A stretch of DNA of 64,000 bases, taken from assembly GCA_965242695.1 (NCBI GenBank), contig CBDESU010000001.1:1120001-1184000 (forward strand), in the 5' to 3' direction. The notes under the pieces are model-generated. The model had not been told where the DNA came from, made no database searches, and saw only the letters and a program-made list of their open reading frames with translations. Each line of letters starts with the position of its first letter. Position 1 is the stretch's first letter. The DNA comes from Cenarchaeum sp. (GTDB taxonomy: Archaea; Thermoproteota; Nitrososphaeria; Nitrososphaerales; Nitrosopumilaceae). A program made the translations under genes and the position numbers. Below are positions 39,301 to 51,300 of the stretch, in pieces.

Positions 39301-42300
39301 GGTACGTCTCGCCGTCGCGCAGGGTGAACGCGTCGACGCTGCCGATGCCGTCGATGTAGGTGCTACTGCCGTCGTAGACGTAGCTGGTACGGTTGATCAC
39401 CGGCATCAGCGTCGACGGCGGCGGCGAGAGGTGCGTGTCGATTGCAATCGACTCGGATCCGCCGAGCGAGTTTGGATCACCGGGGGCCGGCAGCCGCAGG
39501 ACGGCGGCGTATCCCAGCGGGTCGGTTATGGTCCCGCCGTTGAGCGAGAGCGCATCCCTGCCGGTGTAGTTCAGGCCGCCCGTGCGGTCGCCCTGCCGGA
39601 CCGTGTACTCGAAGACGAGCGTCGACGAGCCGTTGCCGGACGCGTACGTGGCGTTGCCGTATGTCGCGCCGCCCGTGTCCAGCTCTAGCACTGGGCGGCC
39701 GTCCCGCTCGCCGATGACGACGGCCTCGCTGAATGCGATCTCGATGGGTATGATCGCGTTCGCGTCGGTGATCGTATGCGGGCCGTACAGGTCGTCGTAC
39801 GGGGACGAGACGGACAGCAGGGCGGGCGGCATCGTGTCGATTACGATGCTCTTTCGCTCGCCGAGCGTGTTGCCCGACCCCGCCGCCGGCAGCGTGCGGT
39901 TGGCCGCGGCATTCAGGTAGTTTTTGATCGAGCCGTCAAGCGCGTTCGGGCCGACGCCGTGGTCGAGCGCGTTCGCGTCCGGGCGCTCGATGGTGTACTT
40001 GAACTCCAGGGCCGTCGTGCCGTTGCCCGCCACGTACGTCGCATCGCGGCCCGTGCTCATGTTGAGCGTCGGCGGGCTGTCGGCATCGACGTACACCCTT
40101 GCGTTGAACACGACGCTGACGCGGACGGTCTCGCCGCTGAAGTACGTGCCGTTGGCATCGGGGGACGTGACGTACTGCACGGACGGCGCGGGCATGTCGA
40201 TCCAGAACAGGTTCATCGCGTCCACGTTGCCCGAGGCCGTGGCGGCCACGTACGTGCGGTTGTCGGGCAGGGTAAAGGCGGCTACGTCTCTGTATGCAAA
40301 CCTACCTCCAGATTCCTCGTGGCCCCTGTCAGGGTCGCCCGCCTGGAGCGTGCCGTTCTCGTGCACGCGGATCAGCTGGACGCCCGACTCGAGGTGGTAG
40401 TCGGGAGACGACGGCACAGGGGACGACGGGCCGGAGGACACCATGGCGTAGGTGTCGCCGTCTAGGACGAAGGTGTCGACGCCGCTGGCTCTTCGAAGCT
40501 TCAGGGCGCTGTTGTCTGCAATCGAGTCCGCCCCCGACAGGGCGCCGGCCTCGTGCACGCGGATGAGCTGGACGGCATGGTTATCGAACGAGGTGGCCAG
40601 GGCGTAGGTGTCGCCGTTGCGGAGGGTAAAGGCCTCCAGGTCGAAGATGTCGTACAGGTTACTGAACCCGCCGGCGCCGTTCACTGCATCCATCTCGCGG
40701 GCCATGGAGCCGTTGCCGTGCACGCCGAGCAGCTGCACGCGCGGCGAGTTGTCCCCGCCGACGAGGGCGCGCATGCCGCCGTCGCGCAGGCTGAACGCGG
40801 CAGCGGCGCGGCTCAGGTGCAGGGGATCGCGTATCACGGAGCCGGCGGGCGGATCCGAGAGCTCCGAGTCCGCCGCGGCCATTGTTCCGTCCTCGTGCAC
40901 GCGGATGAGCTGGACGCCGCCGTACTCACTGCTACCACGCGTGTCCAACCCATTCGAGGCCACCACAGCGTACGTGTCGCCGTTGCTGAGGGCGAACACG
41001 TCAAGGCCGCTCGGCCTGGCGAGCGCGTCGTAGGCGCCGCCGCCGGCGCCCAGGCTGCCGTTGCGCGCCTCGCCGGCCGCCACGAGGGTCGCATTCTCGT
41101 GCACGCGGATCAGCTGGACGGCGCCGTCGCGGTCGCCGCCGGGGCCGAGAACATGCGAGGACACCACGGCATACGTGTCGCCGTTGCGCAGCGTGAACGC
41201 CTTTACGTGGTAGGGGTTTGTGAGCGCCGCAAATTCGGCCCCCACCTCCGCCTTCTGGCCGGCGCCGGTCAGCAGCGTGATCGTGCCGCTGCCCGACACA
41301 TGGAACAGCCGGACCGAGTTCGTGGCACCACGGTTGTCGTATCCAGTGGTCGCGATGAGGTATGTCTCGCCGTTGCGGAGGGTGAACGCGTCGACGCCGC
41401 TGATGGCATCGAAGTCGTTGTTGCCTTGGCGTGGGCCGTAGACGTATCCATGCAACTCGATATCCGGCATCAGCGTCGACGGCGGCGGCGAGAGGGACGT
41501 GTCGATTGCAATCGACTCGGATGCGCTCAGCGAGTTCGGACGCCCGGGGGCCGGCAGCTGCAGGTCCGGGACGCGCCCCGACGGCTCCGCTATGGAGCCG
41601 CCGTTGAGCGACAGGGCGTTCCTGCCGGTGTAGTTCAGGTCGCCCGTGCGGTCTCCCTGCCGGACCGTATACTCGAAGACGAGCGTCGTCGAGCCGTTGC
41701 CCGACGCGTATGTCGCGTTGCCGTGCGTTGCGCCGCCCGTGTCCAGCTCGATCGTCGGCATGCCCTCCGACTCGTAGATTGCGACGGCCTCGTCAAAGTT
41801 GAGCGCGATCGGTACGACCGCGCCCGGATCGGTGATCGTATGCGGGCCGTACAGGTCGTCGTACGGGGACGAGACGGACAGCAGCTCGGGATCGGTCATG
41901 TCGATCCAGATCGCCTTGAGTTCGCCGAGCGTGCTCCCCGACCTGTCCGCCGGCAGCAGGCGGTCGGCCGTCTCGTTGAGGTAGTTTGTGATCGTGGCGC
42001 CCGCCAGCGCCGTCCGGCCGTCGTGGTCGAGCGCGATCGGGCCGTCGTCGGCCCGAACGACATACTCGAACGCCAGCGCCGTCGTGCCGTTGCCCGACAC
42101 GTATGTCGCGTCGTGCCCCGTGTTCAACCGGAGCGCGGGCGGGCCGCCGGCCAGGTACACCCTGGCGTCAAAGACCACCGTGACGTTGATCTTGTCGCCG
42201 GCGGTGTAGTAGCCGTCGGCATCGGGGGACGTGACGTAGCGCACGGACGGCGGCGGCAGTGATATTTCGAACAGGACTACCGCGTCGATGTTGGCTGCCG

Positions 42301-45300
42301 CCACGGCCGCGTACGCGCCGCCGTCGCCCAGGGTAAAGGCCGTCACGCCGCGGGGCTGCGAAGGCGTGTTGAGAATGCCGTTCGTGTCGGCCGAGCCGGC
42401 CGCCTCGAGGGTCGCATTCTCGTGCACGCGGATCAGCTGGATGCCGCGATCGTCCTCCGAGGACACCACGGCGTACGTGTCGCCGTCCATGACAATGGTG
42501 TCGACGTCGCTGGCCTCCCTTAGAAGATCAAAGCCGCGTTGGCCGTCGCGCTCCGAGTCCGCCCCCGTGAGGCTGCCGTCCTCGTGCACGCGGACCAGTT
42601 GGACAGTGTGCCTCTCAAACGAGGCGGCAAGCGCATAGGTGCTGCCGTTGCGCAGCGCAAAGGATGCCAGGGCAAAGGTGTCGCGCAGCCTGTCCAATCC
42701 CGAAGTGCCGTGATCCGCCACCCCGATCTGGTCCAGGGTGCCGTCGCCGCGCACTCCGAGCAGCTGCGTTTCAGGGGAATTTCGCCCTCCCACGAGGGCG
42801 TACGTGCCGCCGTCGCGCAGCCCAAACGCGGCCACGGCGCGGCTGTTGGCCAGGCCGCCATAGCCGGGGATCGACACGGACTTCGAATCGCCAGCGGACA
42901 TGGCGCCGTTCTCGCGCACGCGGATCAGCTGGACGCCGTCTTCAGTCTCAGAGGTCACCATGGCGTACGTGTCGCCGTTGCGCAGGGCGAACACGTCGAC
43001 CTCGAGGGGTTCCTCAAGCACGCCGTGCGTGCCGGCCGCCTCGAGGGTCGCATCCTCGTGCACGCGGATCAGTTGGACGGCATCATCGTCGTTCGAGGCG
43101 ACCATGGCGTACGTGTCGCCGTTGCGGAGGGCGAACGCCTCTACGTGGACGGAGCCGCCGAGCGCCGCAAAGTCGGATCCGCCCCGGACCCTGTGCCTTA
43201 CGTCGAGCACCCCTCCCTCGCGCACCTGGATCAGCCAGACGGACTCTGCATCGTTAGCAGCCGCGATGACGTACGTCTCGCCGTCGCGCAGGGTGAACGA
43301 GTCGATGCCCTGGACGGCGTCCAGGCCAGTCTGGTCGAACACGTACCGATCGGTGTCTCCCGAGCCGGGCGCGATCAGCGCAGGCTTGATAGTCGACGGC
43401 GGCGGCGAGAGGGACGTGTCGATCATGATCGACTCTGATCCGCTGAGCGAGTCCGGATGGCCTGGGGCCGGCAGGACCAGGCCCTGTTCGAAGGCGTGCC
43501 CCGCGTAGTCGGCGATCGCCGCGCCGTTGAGCGAGAACGCGTCCGTGCCGGTGTAGTTCAGGTCGGCCGTGCGGTCGCCCTGCCGGACCGTATACTCGAA
43601 TACGAGTGCAGAGGTGCCGTTGCCGGACGCGTACGTGGCGTTGCCGTGCGTTGCGCCGCCCGCGTCAATCTTTAGGACGGGGCGGCCGTGCCGCTCGTCG
43701 ATGACGGCCGGCTCGTCAAAGTTGAGCGCGATCGGCACGACCGCGCCCGGGTCGGTGATCGTATGCGGGCCGTACAGGTCGTCGTACGGCGACGAGACGG
43801 ACAGCAGGGCGGGCGGCATCGTGTCGATTATGATGCTCTTTCGCTCGCCGAGCGTGTTGCCAGACCCCGCCGCCGGCAGCGCGCGCAGGGCCGGCGTCCC
43901 GAGGTAGTTTTTGATCGCGCCGTCAAGCGAGTTCGGGCCGACGCCGTGGCTGAGCACGCCGTTCGTGTCCATTTCCTCAACCACATACCTGAACGTGAGC
44001 GCCGTCGTGCCGTTGCCGTATGCGTACGTCGCGTCGCGGTCCGTGCTCATGTTGAGCGTCGGCGGGTTGTCGGCATCGACGTACACCCTTGCGTTGAACA
44101 CGACCGTGGCGTAGACCGTGGCGCCGGCCGGGTACGAGCCGTCGGCGTTGGGGGACGTGACGTACCGCACGGACGGCGGCGGCAGCGATATGTCGAAGAG
44201 GGCCACCCCAAAGGCGGTATTCGCGGCCGCGGCGACATGGATGCTGCCGCCTGGCAGGGTGAATGCCGCCACGTCGTCGTAGCGCGCACGTCCATTAAGG
44301 GTGAGTCCGGTGGCCGAGTTCGACGCCTCGAGCGTGCCGTTCTCGTGGACGCGGATCAGCTGGACGCTGTCGTCCTCTATGTTGTACGAGGACGCCACAG
44401 CGTACGTGTCGCCGTCCATGACAAAGGTGTCGACGCCCCGGAGATCTCTCAGATTTAGGCCGACGTCGTCATTTTCAGAGTATGCGATCGAGTCGGGCCC
44501 CGAGATGGAGCCGGCCTCGTGCACGCGGATCAGCTGGACTGCATTCTCGCTGTCCGAGGCCGACAGGACGTACGTGTCGCCGTTGCGCAGCGTAAAGGGC
44601 GCCATGGCGCGGATGTCGTGCAGGTGTGCGAGGTTGCGCTCGCCGTTCGTTGCCAGCCCCTCTAGGGCCAGGGTGCCGTCCTCGCGCACGCCGAGCAGCT
44701 GCAGATGCCTGGTCGCATCCCCGCTTGCGACGGCGTACGTGCCGCCGTCGCGCAGCCCGAACGCGGCCACGGAGATGCTCTTTTCTAGGCCACGGTAGTC
44801 GTTGCGGTCCGCATGCGACTCCGAGTCGGCCGCGGCCATCGTGCCGTCCTCGTGCATGCGGATCAGCTGGACGCCGTCGGACGGCTTCGAGGCCACCATG
44901 GCGTACGTGTCGCCGTTGCGGAGTGTGAACACTTCGAGGTCGCGCGGCCTGGCGAGCGCGTCGTATGCGCGGCCGCCGGCATCCCGCGCGTTGTGAAGCG
45001 CCACGCCGGCCGCCTCCATGGTGGCGTCTTCGTGCACTCGGATCAGCTCGACGCCGCCGTATTCAAGGCCCCTCCCGGACGTCAGCCCATTCGAGGACAC
45101 CAGGGCGTACGTGTCGCCGTTGCGGAGGGTGAATGCCTCCACGTCGAAGGGGTTTTGGAGCGCCGTCGCAAAGGCGACCCTGTCGCTTACCGAAGAGATG
45201 CCGCCGCCCCTGTTCACGTGGAGCAGCTCTACGGTGTGCAGATCGTTCAGGGCCACGATGACGTACGTCTCGCCGTTGCGGAGGGTGAATGCGTCAATGC

Positions 45301-48300
45301 CGATGGGGCTCCTAAAGATGGTAGTGCTCTGCACGTTCTTGCGCTTGCTGTAGTCGATCGCCGGCAGGATAGTCGACGGCGGCGGCGAGAGGGACGTGTC
45401 GATCATGATCGACTCTGATCCGCTGAGCGAGTCCGGATGGCCGGGGGCAGGCAGGACCAGGCCCTGTTCGAAGGCGTGCCCCGCGTAGTCGGCGATCGCC
45501 GCGCCGTTGAGCGAGAACGCGTCCGTGCCGGTGTAGTTTAGGTCGGCCGTGCGGTCGCCCTGCCGTACGGTATACTCGAATACGAGCGTAGAGGTGCCGT
45601 TGCCGGACGCGTACGTAGCGTTGCCGTGCGTTGCGCCGCCCGCGTCCACCTCGAGTGTCGGCACGCCCACCGACTCGTAGATTATGACGGGCTCGTCAAA
45701 GTTGAGCGCGATCGGTATGATCGCGTTCGCGTCGGTGATCGTATGCGGGCCGTACAGGTCGTCGTACGGGGACGAGACGGACAGCAGCTCGGGCGGCATC
45801 GTGTCGATTATGATGCTCTTTCGCTCGCCGAGCGTGTTGCCCGACCCGTCCGCCTGCAGCGCGCGCAGGGCCGGCGTCCCGAGGTAGTTTTTGATCGCGC
45901 CGTCAAGCGAGTTCGGGCCGACGCCGTGGCTGAGCACGCCGTTCGTGTCCATCTCCTCAACCACATATCTGAACGTGAGCGCCGTCGTGCCGTTGCCGTA
46001 CGCGTACGCCGCATCGCGGCCCGTGCTCATGTTGAGCGTCGGCGGGCTGTCGGCATCGACGTACACCCTTGCGCTGAACACGACCGTGACGTTGATTGTG
46101 GTGCCGTTCGGGTACGAACCGTCGGCGTCGGGGGACGTGACGTACCGCACGGACGGCGGCGGCGGAGGCATCGAGATCAGGTGCATCGCGCTGAACTGGG
46201 ACCCTGCCGCGACCGCGTACGTACGGCCGTCGCGCAGGACAAAGGACTCTACGCCCCTGGTGGCGTCGAGGTACTGGGTGCGGTTCGAGCCGAGCCCCTC
46301 GAGGGTGCCGTCCTCGTGCACGCGGATCAGCTGCACTGCACCCGTCCCCTCCCCCGAGCTCACCAGCGCGTACGTGTCGCCGTCTATGGCAAAGGCCTCG
46401 ACGTCGTAGGGGCCCTGAAGGCTCGGGAATCCGTCGTCGCCGTCGTCCGCCGAGTCCGTCCCCGCGAGGGTGCCGTCCTCGTGCACGCGGATCAGCTGGA
46501 CTGCGTCGCCCTCCGAGGCGGCCAGCGCGTACGTGTCGCCGTTGCGGAGGGTGAACGAGTCCAGGGCCACGATGCTGTGCAGCCTGTCGAACCCCAATGT
46601 GCCGTTTAGCGCCGAGCCCCGGGACGCCAGGGTGCCGTCCCCGCGCACCTCGAGGAGCTGCACGACGCTGGAGCCGCCCCCGCCGACGAGCGCGTACGTG
46701 CTGCCGTCGCGCAGGCCGAACGCGGTCACGGCCCGGCTGCTGGCAAGTCCCGAATAGCCGCTGTCTAATCTGTCCTTCGAGTCCGCCGCCGCCAAGGTGC
46801 CGCCCTCGTGCACGCGGATCAGCTGGACGCCGTTCTCGGTCTGTGACGTCACAAGTGCGTACGTGTCGCCGTTGCGGAGGGCAAACACCTCTACCCTTAG
46901 TGGATCCATGAGCGCATCGTAACGGGCGCCGCCAGCGCCAGGCATCCCGTCGCGCGCCTCGCCCGCCACCTCGAGGGTGGCGTTCTCGTGCACGCGGAAC
47001 AGATAGACACCGTCGGCGCCGTCCGAGGCCGCCATGGCGTACGCGTCGCCGTTGCGGAGGGTGAATGCCTCGACGTCGACGGGGACTTGGATTGCCGGAA
47101 AGTCCTGATGATCCCGTGATTTCCAGGCCTCCTTGAGCATGGGCCCAGGGTCGGCGTCTTCGTCCACGAGTGCCAGATAGAAGCCGTTGCCGGTGCGCCC
47201 AGCCCCGATGACGTACGTGTCGCCGTTGCGCAGGGCAAGGGAGTCGATGCCGTGGACACGCTGCATAGACGCGCTGTCGAAAACAAACCCAAGGAATTCC
47301 ACGGGCGGCCGCAGCACGGACGGCGGCGGCGAGGCGTGCGTGTCGATTACTATATCCTCGGATGCGGAAAGCGAGCCGGGCGAGCCGGGGGCCGGCAGGA
47401 CCAGTGCGGTCACGTAGCCGGCGATCGCGCCGCCGTTGGGCGAGAGCGCATCCGCGCCGGTGTAGTTCAGGTCGGCCGTGCGGTCGCCCTGCCGGACCGT
47501 ATACTCGAAGACGAGCGTGGAGGTGCCGTTGCCCGAGGCATAGTACGCGCTGCCGGGCGCCGCGCCGCCCGCGTTCAGCCTGAGCGCCGGGCGGCGGCCG
47601 CCATCCTCGCGGATATCGACGGGCCTGTCGAAGTTGACCGCGATCGGCACGATCGCGCCCGGGTCGGTGATCGTATGCGGGCCGTACAGGTCGTCGTACG
47701 GGGACGTGACGGACTCTACGCGGGGCGGCATCCCGCTGACCGTGATGCGCTTCCGCTCGCCGAGCGTGTCGCCGGTCCCCTTTTCCGGCAGCGTGCGGTT
47801 GGCCCGTTCGCCGAGGTAGTTTGCGATCGCGCCGCCCTCGAGCGCATCCGTGCCGTTCTGGTCTAGGGAGGTCGTCGGATCGCCGTCCAGTATGTCGTAC
47901 CTGAACGCGAGCGCAGTCGTGCCGCTGCCGGACACGAACTCGGCGGTGCGGTTCGTGTTCAGGCGGAGCTCGGGAGGGTCGTCGGCATCGACGTACACCC
48001 GGGCGTTGAACACGACCGCAACGTCGATCGAGGTGCCGTTCGGGTGGTATCCGTTGTCGTTGGGGGACGTGACGTACCGCACGGACGGCGTGGGCATGTC
48101 GATCCTGAACAGGTTCATCGCGTCTACGTTGCCAGAGGCCGTGGCGGCCACGTACGTGCGGTTGTCGGGCAGGGTAAAGGCGGCCACATCCCTGTATACA
48201 AACGTACCTCCAGATATCTCGTAGCCCCTAGCAGGATCGCCCGCCTGGAGCGTGTCGTTCTCGTGCACGCGGATCAGTTGGACGCCCGACTCGAGGTGAT

Positions 48301-51300
48301 AGTCGGGAGACGACGGGGTAGGGGACGACGGGCCGGAGGACACCATGGCGTAGGTGTCGCCGTCTAGGACGAAGGTGTCGACGCCGCTGGCTCTTCGAAG
48401 CTTCAGGGCGCTGTTGTCTGCAATCGAGTCCGCCCCTGACAGGGCGCCGTTCTCGTGCACGCGGATGAGCTGGACGGCGTGGCGGTCGTGCGAGGTGGCC
48501 AGAGCATAGGTGTCGCCGTTGCGGAGGGTAAAGGGATCCAGGTCGTAGATGTCTTCCAGGTAACTGAACCCGCCGGCGCCGTTCAGTGCATCCGTTTCGC
48601 GGGCCATGGAGCCGTTGCCGTGCACACCGAGCAGTTGCACGCGCTTCGAGTTGTCCCCGCCGACGAGGGCGTGCGTGTCGCCGTCGCGTAGGCTGAACGC
48701 GGCCACGGCGCGGCTCAGGTGCAGGGGATCGTGCGGGTCGCGTAAGGTAGGCTGCGGATCCGAGAGCTTCGAGTCCGCCGCGGCCATTGTGCCGTTCTCG
48801 TGCACGCGGATGAGCTGGACGCCGCCGTATTCATCGTCAGAGCCCGCCACCCCATCCGAGGTCACCATGGCGTACGTGTCGCCGTTGCGGAGGGCGAACA
48901 CTTCGAGGTCGCGCGGCTTGGCGAGCGCGTCGTAGGCGCGGCCGCTGCCGCCGGCGCTCAGGCTGCCGTTGCGCGCCTCGCCGGCCGCCTCGAGGGTCGC
49001 ATCCTCGTGCACGCGGATGAGCTGAACGGCGCCGTCTGCGCCGTCGCGATTCCCCGAGGACACCATGGCGTACGTGTCGCCGTTGCGGAGGGTGAACGCC
49101 TTTACGTGTAGGGGGTTTGTGAGCGCCGCAAATTCGGCTCCGCTCACCGCCTTCTGGCCGGCACCGGTCAGAAGGGTGAGCTCGCCGTCGCCCGCCACGT
49201 GGAACAGCCAGACGGCGGGGTCGTGTACGTTGTAGTCGCCGCCGCCGCCGATCGCGGCCGCGATGAGGTACGTCTCGCCGTTGCGCAGGGTGAACGCGTC
49301 GACGCCGCGGATGCCTTCGAAGTTGTTGTTGCTGGGGCGGCGGGGGAGTTCGGGGTTGTAGTCGGGGCCGTAGACGTGTCCATCCAAGCGGATATTCGGC
49401 AGCAGCGTCGACGGCGGCGGCGAGAGGGACGTGTCGATTACGATATCCTCCGTTGCGCCGAGCGAGTCCGGGCCGCCGGGGTCCGGCAGGGGCTGATCAA
49501 GCGCGTGTCCGAGAAGGTCTGTAATGGCCCCGCCGTTGAGCGAGAGCGCGCCCGTGCCGGTATAGTTCAGGCCGCCCGTGCGGTCGCCCTGCCGGACCGT
49601 GTACTTGAAGACGAGCGCAGAGGTGCCGTTGCCCGAGGCATACTCTGCGATGCCGGGCGTTGCGCCGCCCGCATCCACCTCGAGCGTTGGCGTCCTGCCG
49701 CCGGCCCCCTCGTAGATTACGACGGGCTCGTCAAAGTTGACCGCGATCGGTATGATCGCGTTCGCGTCGGTGATCGTATGCGGGCCGTACAGGTCGTCGT
49801 ACGGGGACGTGACGGACCCTGGGACGGGGCCGGATTTGTCGATGGCGAGCTTCTTGAGGTGCCCGAGCGTCTTTCCCGACGCCGCATCCGGAAGCATGCG
49901 GTCGGCCGTCTCGTTGAGGTAGTTGAGGATCGTGCCGCCCGCCAGCGCATCCGTGCCGTCGTAGTCGAGGACGATCTCCCGATCCATCTCGCCCACGGTG
50001 TACGCGAACGTCAGCGCCGTCGTGCCGCTGCCCGTCAGGTACGTCGCGTTGCGCTCCGTGTTCATGAGGAGCGCGGGCGGGTTGTCCTCGTCGATGTAGA
50101 CCCTGCCGCTGAACACGACCGATATTCCGACGGTGGCGTTGAGGGGGTACCCGCCGTCGGCGTCGGCCGACGTGACGTGCCGCACGGACGGAACGGGCAG
50201 GGACAGCTCGAGCAGCCACATTGCGTTGGCGGCGTACGAGGCAGCCGCCGCGTACGTGCGGCCGTTGGGCAGGTCAAACGCATCCACGCCCGTGGGGGAG
50301 TTGAGATGGGTATCGCTGCGCGAGATGTAGCCGGCCGCCTCGAGGGTCGCATTCTCGTGCACGCGGATCAGCTGTATGGCGTGCTCCGCCCACGAGCTTA
50401 CCATCGCGTACGTGTCGCCGTCCATGGCGAATGCCCTGACGTCGAAGGGCTCTCTGAGCCTTTCGAACCCGCGCTCGCCGTCGCGCACAAAGTCGGCCCC
50501 CGTAAGGTCGCCGTCCTCGTGCACGCGGATCAGCTGCACGCCGTGCCCGTTCCACGCGGCGGCCAGCGCGTACGTGTCGCCGCTGCGGAGGGTAAACGAG
50601 TCCAGGGCCGTGGTGCCGTCGAGCATCCCGAATGTCGAGTCGCCGTTTTCCGCATGCCCCTCGTTCGTCATGGCGCCGCCTTCGTGCACCCCGATCAGCT
50701 GTATGCGCGTGGAGTCGCGGCCGCCGACCAGGGCGTACGTGTTGCCGTCGCGCAGGTCGAACGTTGTGATGGCGCGGCTGTTTAGCAGGCCTGAAAAGTC
50801 CCGAAGTACCGCGCTGTGACCGGCCGACATCGTCGCGTTTTCGTGCACGCGTATCGTCTGCACGCCGTCGTCGTCCTCCGAGGCCACCATGGCGTACGTG
50901 TCGCCGCTGCGCAGCGTGAACACGTCGACCGCGTAGGGGCCCCCCAGCGCTCCGTAGGCGCGGCCGCGGGAGTCGGACTCGCCGTCGCTCACGCTGTCCA
51001 GCACCGACAGGGAGTTGCCGCGTATGCGGACAAGGCTAACGGTGCTGGTGTCGTGCGAGACCACCATGGCGTACGTGTTGTTGTTGCGCAGCGCGAACGC
51101 CTCGACGTCGACGGGGGTGACGATGTCCCCAAAGCCACTGTGTGCGCGAAGTCTCGATGCCCCAAGTTCCAGGGAGGCCGTCTGGCCGCCCTGCGGCTCG
51201 ACCACGCGGGCCAGGTGAATGCCGCCGTGGGTAGACCCCACGCCCACGACGTACGTGCCGCCGTTGTGCAGGGCGAAGGCGTCGATGCTGTCTGCATCCT

